Assembly (NCBI GenBank): GCA_051942245.1
Contig: JAVECL010000148.1
Location: 1-43,189 of the forward strand
DNA length: 43,189 nt
Direction: 5' to 3'
Origin: Trypethelium eluteriae
Taxonomy: Eukaryota
The notes beneath the pieces were generated by a model. It saw only the letters and a program-made list of their open reading frames with translations, had not been told where the DNA came from and searched no databases. Below, in pieces: positions 1 to 11,116 of the stretch (position 1 is its first letter; every line of letters starts with the position of its first letter). A program made the position numbers and the translations under genes.

Positions 1-1407
1 GACTTGGACGGTGGAAAGGGACGGACATGGGGTTGGGAAGGTGGGCCATCTCCCTACGGTTGAGAAGGGCGTTGCGAGGCCGGAATCCGGTGGTGGCGGC
101 AAAGGGAGTTATTATCGAGGAACACTGGGGAGCGAAACGGAAGATGAGTGGCAGAGGAGAGCAGTGGGGACAGAAGACGGATTTTGAGAAGGCGTGGGAT
201 GGGCCAGGATTCGCGACATGGATGATTAGTAATTTTCCTTCAAGACTTTCGAAAGTCCAGCAAGCACTTCAGAACTAGTTCCAAGATTGAGCATAATTCC
301 CCAGCAAAAGCAAGAAACCTGGGTGTTGCAAGAAAAGCTACCTCTAGGCTTTACGATATCTATTTGATATCAGCCTGTTGAACCAGAATGTCCCTCTGGG
401 CTCCGATGGTACGTGCTGCTCAGCCCTTCAACCTTAGGCTACATGCGACTTGGTTTCTTGTTTGATGTGACTGGATGCTAAGTCTACAGCAAGGCTAGGC
501 TATTTATTCAGACTCTGCAGATTGGAGGTCAGGTACTCTCAGAACAGAAGGGGCCCAGAGATAGAGCGACATTCGACCAACATGGCCTCAATACGATACC
601 GTACGTGAGAGTAACAGATCTTTGTCAGGAAAGTCAACCTTTCATCAGACCACGCTCCTTGTGAGAAACGAATTCGGACCGCAAGATATGGCTTTTCTTT
701 TGAGTTTTGTTGATGATTAGTACTCTATCCAGTCCAGGTGTTGCGCATCAGCCTTGTGTTACTACTAGGACAGGGATTTGCTCTGATAGTGCGGCCGGTG
801 TGAAGATCAAATTATTGACCGCGTCCAATCTCGCCAAATTTCCATTATTGGGATGGCCATCTTTTGAGGAAGGAACATTTGCGTCGTTGCATACTCGTCT
901 TCCGCGGAGCAGTATGGGAGATGATCAAATTCATGCAACGTGTCCAATTGCTGATGATACAGCATGCAAAGAAGGCCACGTAAGCCGGTTGACTTCGAGT
1001 AGCTCAAGCGCCCGATGATTGTCGCTTCTACTCACAGGATATCACAAGGAAAGCTCACTTATTCTCTCCCTCTTCTGAGTCCTTCAAGACCAAGTTCGAA
1101 ACGGTTTCATCAAAGACACTACTCACGAGAATGCAAAGATACGGTAATTTCATCAATCTTTTAAGAGGCTATCTTGTGCTACGTCTATGACCAACAGAAC
1201 GCGTTGCTTATGTGCCGGTGGTGCTTCCTTTGGAACGCCGTATCATGCCGTGCCGAGAAGGCCACGATGAATTCAAAAACGACTTGGGCGCTGCTGATGT
1301 CGTGGCTTGCTTCACATAAGCTTTGTGTATGCCTGAGTTACTACTTGCTTCCTCACTTATGGGGTGATACTACTTTAGCGTATCTTAGCTTTGATGCGCC
1401 GTAAGTC

Positions 1408-1848
1408 ATGAGAGTTTTCATCATGCTTCAGTATCTCTTGCTCGTTGTCATAGCTATCTATAGCACCGTTGCATCGTCATATCCAAATTTGATCCCAGAG
1501 CAGACCCTACCGATTGTCATTGCCCAGTCTGACACTACATCCACGACGCCAACCACGAGATCGAAGCGCTCTTTCGCTCCTAGATCAACAGCCACAAAGA
1601 CTGCGACGGATACATTCCTCATCAAAGAAGGCGAGACCACCACTCAGACCTTCACGTATACAGAGCGAACGTACCCCACCATGGCAAAAGCGAAGCGGGG
1701 GTGTTTCTCAGCAAACGCTTCGTTGCATACGTTTACGGTCACTCGAGACGATGATCTGGGCACCTTGACAACGAAAACGGTGACGCTTGTGCTGGAAAGT
1801 AGTCAGATCTTGTCGGTAGAGGAAGTAGGCAGTGGTGAAGACCTATGA
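1408..1848 (+). CDS. Small secreted Thr-rich protein (146 aa) with two dibasic KR sites
   Basis: ATG-initiated intronless ORF. Hydrophobic N-terminus (LQYLLLVVIAIYSTVASS) resembles a signal peptide. Thr-rich, with KR at TTRSKR and MAKAKR. Confidence 0.65.
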   Translation: MRVFIMLQYLLLVVIAIYSTVASSYPNLIPEQTLPIVIAQSDTTSTTPTTRSKRSFAPRSTATKTATDTFLIKEGETTTQTFTYTERTYPTMAKAKRGCFSANASLHTFTVTRDDDLGTLTTKTVTLVLESSQILSVEEVGSGEDL

Positions 1849-3525
1849 AATCTCTCTGCTAGGTCGAAGCAGGGTCTGGGCGCGTTGCAGTCAACGACTT
1901 TTTTTTAGCTTGATAAGCTTGCCTACGAGCCGATCGGAACTCTTTTACGAGAGACAGCGTTGATACTTGTCTAACCTGCTATCAGGAAGCCGCCAATGCA
2001 TGACTAAAGACAAGAGCTGCTTGAATCGGTTACTTTAGTGAGAATGTATTTAGAAAACAGGCTGGCGAAAAATGCAAATCCAGCAGAAGATGTAGCCTAG
2101 ACAACGAGCGTTGGCTAAGAAATGGACAGGAGGAATAGAAGAAATGAACGACGGTCAATCCTATATTCAAAATGTATGTTAGAAGGATTAATCGGCTGTG
2201 AGTCTTGTGTCTTCTTTCAATATTGTAACAAGTCGCATTGGAGTGTTCCTGTACACAATATTGGACGATACCCCAATCTACTAATGATTAGAGACGTTAA
2301 GAAATTGACGGCGTAGGCAGCTGCCAAATCAGCTATTTGAACAGCCTCGTGCTTCTCACTGAGCCAACGTTGAGACTAAGCCTAAATTACTAATGAACTT
2401 ACCCCAGTCGGTTGTGCCGTGTTCCCCATGAAGTAGCTTGCCTCCTCACTGGAGGATCTTGGGAGACTTGGGTCTATAGTCTTCCCTCATTGCCTTCTGG
2501 TCTGTCGGCAGGAAAAGCGCAAGTTTGACGGTCATTACCTCGTCTGTCGTGGATGCGACTGAAACGGAATAGCAAGTTTTCATGTTAAGGCCATCGTCTC
2601 CTCACAAAGGCACTCATAGGACTTGACGTGGGGGTTTCTGTTCTCCCAATCGATTGGACCAGGGAGGTGATCTCGATTTAGCAGTAAGCTTGCTCTATCT
2701 CGATCTTCGGAGTTTTGTTCACCCCAGTGGAATGTCAGGGGTGGTGCTTCCGTGAATCGTAACTATTTCGCCGAATCAGCGTCGAGAGTTGGGATGGACA
2801 TAGCCTCGCATGTCTTCCGTAAATTAAAGGACCATTAATACGAAAGCTTTCGATTTTGCGAGACCCGAATGACATTCCTGGTCCGTCAATATCTTCGAGT
2901 CTTCGGAGAGGTTACAACATTTAGTATTTTAACGGAAATAGTGCTTTTCACGAGTTAGAATAGCATCATCAGTCCATCGACTGAATGCAAGTCATTTGCA
3001 CCTGGTCATGAACAAGGCCTCTCCGAGATCGAGGGACATAACACGTCTCGTACAATACTGTAACGATCTCATGATGCCAGGACGATGCTAGCGAAGGGAT
3101 TATCTGACCAGAGCTGACTGACCAGGGTGTAGCAGCCCTTGACGTAATCTTGGGGACACCATAAATGGCTCAGTCGCCTAGATACCCAATCTCCCATACA
3201 AATCTTCAGCGTTGTCCTGAATATTGAAAATCGGCATTTGCTGCTTAACATACGACTTCAAAGATTAGAGCGGAAGGCTGAGTTCCCCTTAGCTACACTC
3301 TTCGCCCAAATAGCATCGATAATTCCAGCGTAGCTTTAAGGCCAGGGGTGCTAAGGAAATAAGCTACAAGGCTTGAATGTGCAGCGTCGGAAGAAATACA
3401 CCAGAGTGGCAGTACGAATGGTAAAATTTGTGCGAGATTGAATAGTTGGACAATGATAAGGTAGGAATCCTTTTTCTGGTAACCCACAGTACTTGAAAGC
3501 GGATTCGTCACTTCGGATTTCTCCC

Positions 3526-5466
3526 TTAGCTTCCTGGTAAGCCCCACGGCAACGGAAATCCACTATTTTCCCGATTCGAGTTCTCAGCTCCTTCGAGAAG
3601 ACCTCTGCCTGAAAAACCATCGCCCTTTGGCTTGCTGTGGCTTTGTTGTGCATCGCTATTTTGACCGTTTCTTTGGCTTGCATCACTCGTGGCCTGGCTC
3701 TTGGTGATGTCTGCTGCTGAACCTGTTCGGAGTGCAGGATTGTCAGAGATCTTCCTGAACTTCGATGACTGCGAGCCCTCTTCCCATTGCCAGTTGAGAC
3801 CATCGATCTTGCCGTCGGCGTCCCTTGTAAACTCCAAAATGCCAACGGAAAAATAGTCCCAATCTAGCCATCCTCCGCGGAGCCAATCATTCCTTGTCGT
3901 AGGCATATAGCTATATTGATCTTGGCTGTAGAACTCCAGTAGCAGAGAGACGTCATCTCTGTTTAATTTAGCGTACAAGCTGCACCGGTGTTCATCGTGA
4001 CAAATAGAGATTGTGATGCCTAGTCCTCTGTAATTACCGGTATAATCTTCTGGTGGCGATCTAGGGTCATTAATCCTACGATGTTCCAGCCACTCGCGCA
4101 TAATCTTGTCATAAAACTCTCTGCGGCGCCGATCTGTTTCAAGACTCATCAACGATGCAATATCTTGCCGAGGTTTTAAGTCGAATAGCTCTTGGATGTA
4201 CACTTGTGCGGCAAAATCTGCTGCATCGCCTACGTTCAAGCCATTGCAAAGTACGACAATTGCACTAGAAGTACTTGGAAAGGTATTAACGGAGAGTGAG
4301 CTGCCGATTCCGAGTCCTGTATGCTTGAGGAACCCAATGCTCTGATGACCATCCTGCCCGAGGATATAATTGAAAGCAGTATGATCCTCATCAAAAAGTG
4401 TCAGCTCATTCCAAGAGCCCCAGGTGAGCTGGCAAGAGGGGATGGCAGCTCTCATCCAGCCGAGGTGGAATTGCGACGTTGTCTGGAAATTGTCGTCGTG
4501 AGGCCTTGTCCAGTAAGCGCCATTACGAATTCCGACCATGTTTCTCAGGGGATTAGACGTAGCATTTCTGAGTATGTCCAGATTCGGAGGAGTCCCTTTC
4601 CTTTCGGCGTGTTCGGCGGCCATTGTTGCTGCGCAAAAGATTAAGAGATCATTCACAGAGCTCCTCATTCCGAATGCTGCCAGTACTGGGGTATTGTTCT
4701 CGGACGTCCACTCATAGTCAAGCTTCTCCCACTCGTCGTTTTCTAGCTGAGCATAGGGAAAGGCAACGTTCGAGCTCCCCTTCACCTCCTCTTCTTTGAC
4801 GGCAGTATTGTGCATTCCCAATGGCTCCAGAATCCTGAATTTGAGGAATTGCGAGTATCTCATTCCACTGACATGTTGAATTACCATGGCTACGATTCCA
4901 TAGCCAATATTGCTGTATTCCCAGGTCCAATCGCCAGTATTTGCAGGGGCGTCGTTTACCGCTTCCATGAAATCTTTTTCATGCAAGAGAACTTTGCCAT
5001 GAGGTCCCAATATTGATACCACTGGATTCGAAAGGCCAGCGGTATGCCTCAAGATATCAACAAACGTTGCGCTTTTACTGATGTTGGGATTGTTCACGGT
5101 CTTGAAGCTCGGGAGGAACTCTGAAACTGGTCTGTTCCAATCCAATTTACCCTCGTCAACTAGAATGCCAACGCAAGCAACAACAAAAAGCTTTGAGATA
5201 GAGCAAAGCATGTATAGAGTATCTGCATCAGGTTGCAGTTCTCTTTTCCGATCGCTGTAGCCTGTGTTGTAGGTATAGAGGCATCTTCCCTGGTGGACAA
5301 TGCCAAGTGAGATTGACGAGACTCTACAACACCTTCGGATGTTATCGACTTCGGGGCCGAGGTCGCGAAGACGTGCATGGAGGTCCTGGAGACTTTGTTA
5401 GCGATATTGAACTAGATCATCTGCTGGCCTTAACAAACGTACAACAAACTTATTGTTCTCACCCAT
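3526..5466 (-). CDS. Beta-lactamase/transpeptidase-like serine hydrolase (fungal AmpC-like family), probable C-terminal DUF3471-like domain
   Basis: SxxK (CSISK), LxHTAG (DILRHTAGL), YxN (WEYSNIGY) and HxG (KHTG) motifs. The frame extends upstream of the tracked ORF (DLHARLRDLGPEVDNIRRCCRVSSISLGIVHQG...GYSDRKRELQPDADTLYML). A first exon MGENNKFV (5466-5443) joins via a GTACGT...GCTAAC...CAG intron. Confidence 0.88.
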
Positions 5467-6247
5467 GCTATTGTGCGTATCGGACCGAATGCACAGACCG
5501 ATAGCGTGCAAGTTCGAAAGCCCAAAAAAAGCACTTAACTCCTTTCGCAGCTTTGCAGATCCCCTGGATTCGTTGCAGGTACATGAAAATAAACAAAGTA
5601 GCACAACCGATCGCGTGTCCTGCTGGGACCCGTCGCAGCGGACAATGATTTTAGAACGAAGTTTGGAAAGTCAATTGGATGAAAATGGTGAGAATTGCAT
5701 TCAAAAAAGCACATTCTTGCATTGCTTACAGATTTCAGCCCATCATAGCAGGCATCTTTTTCCCGGTCTTAAGACAGTTTCAGACATCTTACATACGCAT
5801 CGGTCTGGCACCGGCCATTATACGGACGCGTGCGGTCGCACCCATTTACCTGTCTTTCACAACCGGCAGCTTATCGGCAACCGGTATTGCCGTTTGCGTC
5901 GATGTACGATATTGCAGCGCGATTGGTACTATGCGGGGCGAATTGTGAACGACCTCCAAAGCGCGAACTTCCGGAGTGTTATAAGGCCTAGCTTTGCCTT
6001 GCCGGCTTTCGATGGACTGGGCTAACGAGAGGCATAGACCTTATGTCACTGTGCAGGGTCTTCACACCATCAGTGGGTATGCACGTCAGCTTGAGACGGC
6101 GTGCGGGTCGAGTCTCGGCCGGGACGGATTCGAACCATGGATACCCTCATACTCCCCTCCCATCACATTTGTCCAGGTGACAGGATGCTATTGCTCGGAC
6201 AAATAAGGCTGTCGGGCACCAATCGACCAGAAGCTTGGGAGGAAAGG

Positions 6248-6254
6248 TATAAAA
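6248..6254 (+). promoter_or_regulatory. TATA box (TATAAAA) upstream of the Gly-rich peptide gene
   Basis: Consensus TATAAAA ~100 nt before a canonical intron (6351-6403) and ~230 nt before ATG 6480. Confidence 0.45.
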
Positions 6255-6479
6255 TGCTGCCTAGATACCGACGCCCAGAATACCTTCAGCTCCCAAAGAC
6301 GCATGCTTTCTCGTCCGATATCCTCAATTTTGTGCTGGGCGTCACAACAGGTATGTTGCAACCGTAACGAAGCTGCTTAGGCTGCTAACGCGTCCGAATG
6401 CAGCACCACCATAAGTGCGTTTACCAAAATATCTTCTCCCAGCACTACGGTCACCTAGACACATTGTGCCATCGAAGCA

Positions 6480-6638
6480 ATGGGCAATAATCCTGGATCA
6501 CAGGCCAGCACGAGGCCCAACGAGGAGAGTACGAGTGGAGGAGGTAATGGGACAAAGGGAGGTGGAACCAGCGGCGGAACCAGCGGCGGGCAAGGCAATG
6601 GTAGTGGAAGTGGCGGCGGTGGCAAGAGCGGCAATTGA
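6480..6638 (+). CDS. 52-aa Gly/Ser/Asn-rich peptide, hydrophilin/Con-10-like
   Basis: Hand translation MGNNPGSQASTRPNEESTSGGGNGTKGGGTSGGTSGGQGNGSGSGGGGKSGN* (21 Gly of 52). GCAATGG start context, upstream TATA box and a 5'UTR intron GTATGT(6351)...GCTAAC...CAG(6403). Confidence 0.6.
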   Translation: MGNNPGSQASTRPNEESTSGGGNGTKGGGTSGGTSGGQGNGSGSGGGGKSGN

Positions 6639-7000
6639 GCTGGTCTTCGATGAAGTGGCAGCAGCTGAAAAACAGCATGCATCTATTACGGGGCAATTTT
6701 CTAGGCTGCCAAAATCCTTGTTGCTGGACTGAGTTCGCCCGCGTTGAGAAACGGGATTCAATGTGCAAGGCGGAAGTGTCTTCTATGTCATTGGAGGGCT
6801 TGATTATCCTGGCTCCTATCGAGCCAAAGCCGTCTCGTTACGTGTTTAAGCGTCTTTGCTTCGCACGGCGGATGAGTTCACAGAAGTTATGATACCTTGG
6901 GCTCTACACAATGTAGGGCGACCTTTGATGAATACACGTGAAACGAGATTTATAAGAGTAACGCAGATTTACCATCAACCACAATGACACCTTGTGCACA

Positions 7001-10000
7001 ATGGCTGGATATCCAGATAATTACGTACGTGACCAGAACCAACTTCTGGGACCCCTCAACGAAGGCAAGGGTCGGAAAGTAGAGGCTACAGTGATGAGTG
7101 AAGATCTTCTTCACCGGGCCCTCCATCTACGTCAACGATACGGAAATCGCAAGGCTGAGCGAATACTCCAACGACTTTTGCCATTCTTTACATCCCTTCA
7201 ATCGTTCTCGGAAGTTGTCAAAGTCTTCCTGCAAGCTAGTCCCGCAATCGTGACGCTGCTCTGGGGATCGGTCTTCTTGCTTTTGGAGGTAGGTGATACC
7301 ATTTCGCAATTCCAAAATGACTGCAGCACATATACACGTACAAGGTAATGATGTGACCTAGCGACATCAGCTTAGGTCGACAGCTCGTAAGCCACTACAA
7401 ACGGAAGGAGGCGCTAGCAATGCGAAGAGCTCTACTGTACAACCTCAACCCCTGCCAACTTATAGCAGATCAGATGACGGACTTGCTCATATTGTCGCAC
7501 TCTCTTACCTACTAGTGTTGATCACCAGAAAGTCTACATAGATACATTCGACGCTCCGGTCGCGCCCGTGTTCTTTCAAATGCGCTACTTGAATGACTGA
7601 CCAATGCCTAGTTAGCATCTCGTTACGCTAAAGGTCTCGAGCACATCTTCGAGATATTCGACAGTATCGACTGTAATCTACCAAGGTTCTGCTTCTACTA
7701 CAAGAAGTTCAATGGGAACAACGTAGATCGACTAAAGGAGGCATTACAACAGTACCGTGAGGAGATTCATGGGATCTGTCAAGAAGCTATAGCTTTTTTT
7801 CGAAGGCGTACATTCAGTAGGAAAGAATCTCGTCTCACCAAAAGAATCAGCTAAAATTCTCAGTCAATATATTCTACACATCATTTGGGCGTCTGCGGAA
7901 CCGGATTGATAAACGACTTGCTAAACTGCAAAGTCTCACCGCGCTGGTGGATGAAGAAGCAAGGGTTGCTTCAGATGAGCTTCAAGAGGGACTGCAGCGA
8001 TCTCATCATCAAGAGCTGCTCCAGCGACTACCTTCTAAAGACACTTTCATGCTTCTCCGACGCGAACCTTTCGAAAATCTTCCGACTGTAAAGAATAGTT
8101 CTTTCCATGGAAGGACAGCTGAATTGCAGAGACTGGAACAGCGATTGAGGCCTGGTACTTCACCAGAGAAGCTTCTAATAGCATGTCTATGTGGGCTCGG
8201 AGGCATAGGAAAGACTCAGATTGCATTGGAGTTTGCGTATCGCTTCATCGAAGACTATGACGCCATTCTATGGATATCTGCAGAAAATTCACTGAAGCTT
8301 GGAGATTCGTTCAGTGGTATTGCCCATGATCTCGGGCTTGCGGACAATTCCATTCAAAACCCGAACCAATTGCGTGAGCTCGTGAGGCGATGGCTTGTGA
8401 AGGACCGCAAAAAGGGTACAAGGCCTGGCCAATCTTCTCGGGTATCATTGCTGATTTGGCGGCAGAATCCTCAGAATATGCTACAAAATGGTTAATGATA
8501 TTTGATAATGTTGAAGACCCAAGCCTACTCTTGCCATTTTGGCCTTCTAGTGCAAAGGGCACCATTTTACTGACAACCCGGAATTCAGATACACCTCGTT
8601 TATTCACAGATACCGAGGGCCGGCTCGATATATGTCCCTTTCCTATGGATGATGGCAAAGCGTTTCTTCTGAACCTCACCGAGGGTTACCCACACTCGAA
8701 AATAGGTGCCCAGGAGCTGGCAGCAGCAGAGACTATCTGTCAATCAGTGCAACTGCTACCATTAGCGCTTGACATTCTCGGCTCTTACATAGCGAGCTGC
8801 GGCATTCAACTCTCTCGATTTATAGAGTCGTATCCTTTTTTTGAACGAGATCTGCTCTTTGAAAGCTCTGTCAAGGCTCGCGACGGATTCTTCTATCAGA
8901 AATCTATTCAAACAACATGGACCATGACAGAAATCTTCTCAAAATCTGGCCCTATTGTGGAGACTAGGTGCTGGACTTTAATTCAAATGCTTGCCTTTCT
9001 AGATCCATCCGGAGTGCCGCTTTTGCTTTTCGAGAGTCAACGCAAAGAAGATATGTGAGTAATCAACACCTGTCACCTCTCTACTGGAATCACGGCATTG
9101 TTAGGATTGTCTGTCTGAGCAGTGCAATAAGATCTGTTCTTGACATCGGAACGCATTACCATTGGACTGACCACTACAGGCTTTTTGAAGGACCAGACCT
9201 TCTCTCCGAGTTTCCTGACATTGAAAAGGTCTTGCAGAATCCATTCGAGAGACCTGCGGAGTAAGTCTGGTCCAAATATTATCTTAGCAACATCGATTTG
9301 ACTGCCTAGCCAAGTCTCGAAATGTCACTTGCAACCTTGCGTCGAGGCTCCATGATTCACAGAAATCAGAAGAATGACCGCATATCGTGTCATCGGCTTG
9401 TCCAAATTGCTGTAGGAAAAACCATGGATGCTGACAAGAAGATCGAGACCTTTAATCGACTCTTGTTCATCCTGAATGCGGCTTTTCCACATCAGCCGGA
9501 TGGTCAGCCACTAGTCGGAGCATGGAAGCCCTGTGAGGAGCTGTCTAGTCAAGTAGTGGCCTTGTTGGATACATTTGCTTGGTATGGAGATGAGTTAGGA
9601 TGCCCGATACTCCTGGGCGAAGTCGTAAGCCGCTGCGCATGGTATCTCGAAGCCCCCCGCTCATCTTGACTATGACTGATATAGAAAGGTATTTTATGGA
9701 AAAGGGTCAGTACAGGTTCGCTCTGGATTGCTCTCAAAAAGCTTTGAAAATATGCGACAAAGCGCTCCGAACCGGTGTGCATCCTGGTTATAGTGCTTGG
9801 TTTGTGCGAGATTTATTGTCCTACCTCTACAATGTGCAAGCGTCTGCTGAATTCGAGATGGGTTCCCCCGACAGCTCACTTGCACTGCACGTGAAGATAA
9901 GAGATATCCGCAAAGCTAACAAGCGACTCGGGAATCCTGATGACGAAACGTGGATTGCAGCAGCGAATGGTAACATAGCTGTGTCTCTTATGGCGGAGAA

Positions 10001-10818
10001 CCGCGCTAATGAGGCATTTTGCATCTTAACCGACCTTCTCGAGCGAGATGATTTGGCGAGTAACAGAGATTTCTACTATTTGAACAATACGAGCCTTTGC
10101 CTTAGGCTCCTAGGTAGGTTCGATGAGGCCCTTCAATTTTGCGAGAGAGCCACTGCGGCTGCACGTGAGCTCCATGGAGATGAAAGCATTGCAATGGCCC
10201 TGTAAGTGCAGCCTCAATCCCCATTATAAAGCAAGCCAGCTTTTTGGAATGTTAGGGCTCACAGCAGGGTCCGAAAATAGGTCCCTCTTCCATCTTGGTA
10301 ATATCCACTGGTACAAAGACCCACTCACGCAAATCTCAACTGCCAGTGCAATATCCGCCTTCCAAAAGTGCCTGTCCATACGCCGGCACTTCATGCCCTT
10401 TCATCACTATACTGCCTTCACCTTCCATAAACTCGGAACTATTATAGGGAGGCAGGGGGATAATAACACATGCATGTAGGCTCCCTTCATTTTTCTTGCC
10501 ATTGCCTTTTTCATTCCACTGCTCTTTTCCCGCAAAGCCAGCGTACTAGAATGACTTATTGTCTTGACACGGCTCGCCAGTAATCTCTTCCACTCCGCGC
10601 TCGATATCTTGACCACAAGCGAAGTCCACCCAGGTGCTATATGCCGTACAGCATTTGCGCTCTCTGAGGCTTATCATGATCGTGGCGACTTGCATGCCGC
10701 GATGCGCTATCAGGAGCGTGGAGCTGAGTATCGAAGTAAAATTGAGGATTTACAAGTGGCCGATTTGGGACTGAGAGGCTCTGATTATGATAGATTTATA
10801 GGAGTTGCGCATCGGTAG
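7001..10818 (+). CDS. Fungal NLR: N-terminal helical domain (DUF7708/NACHT-N-like), NB-ARC, TPR-like repeats
   Basis: Walker A GLGGIGKT, Walker B WLMIFDNVED, sensor ILLTTR, LPLAL, AFLDP and CHRLVQ motifs, plus C-terminal TPR-like helices (LGRFDEALQFCERA). Hand-derived exons 7001-7288, 7612-7816, 7864-8415, 8466-9054, 9180-9260, 9315-9641, 9689-10201, 10281-10475 and 10581-10818 splice in frame via GT-AG introns. Confidence 0.9.
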
Positions 10819-11116
10819 ATGTCTCCCGGCAAAGCGCATGGCCTGGATGCAATGACACGAATGATAACGGAGGAATATCAAGGCGTTTGAGTTTCGCATA
10901 TTCGAGCGAGCTCATTCACCGGGAACTGCGGGTGTATTTGGGAATGAGTGTCATGGTCATAAACTCAATGAGCATTTGGCAATCTGACAGGAAAAAGTGG
11001 GATATGTCGAAAATCGGTTGGATCCAAAAGCTTGAAGACAATACACTCACCGCTTCCGCTTCGAAGGATGCTTGCCTTGAATGCTCTGAATGAGGCTCCT
11101 AGATTATCATGCTGTT

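Noticed and set aside
1..240. Possible 5' end of a minus-strand gene (MAHLPNPMSVPFHRPS..., ATG 49) and the plus-strand 83-aa ORF
   Set aside because: Truncated by the window edge, with too little sequence and no recognisable motif.
2340..3520. Possible pseudogene continuing downstream of the hydrolase on the minus strand
   Set aside because: Hand translation of one frame gave stops at roughly random frequency and no recognisable domain.
5453..6367. Short plus-strand ORFs (190, 89, 70, 88 aa) between the hydrolase and the peptide gene
   Set aside because: No motifs and mostly non-ATG starts. Splicing the 6101 ORF across intron 6351-6403 hits a stop after three codons, so the region is better read as promoter/5'UTR.
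6415..6768. Ala/Val-, Pro- and His/Arg-rich ORFs overlapping the Gly-rich peptide
   Set aside because: Alternative-frame and antisense shadows of the GGN-rich coding sequence.
7001..7110. Canonical amyloid signalling motif (HRAM, PP, sigma) at the NLR N-terminus
   Set aside because: No convincing N/Q-G patterned pseudo-repeat, and no adjacent HeLo/HELL or gasdermin gene seen.
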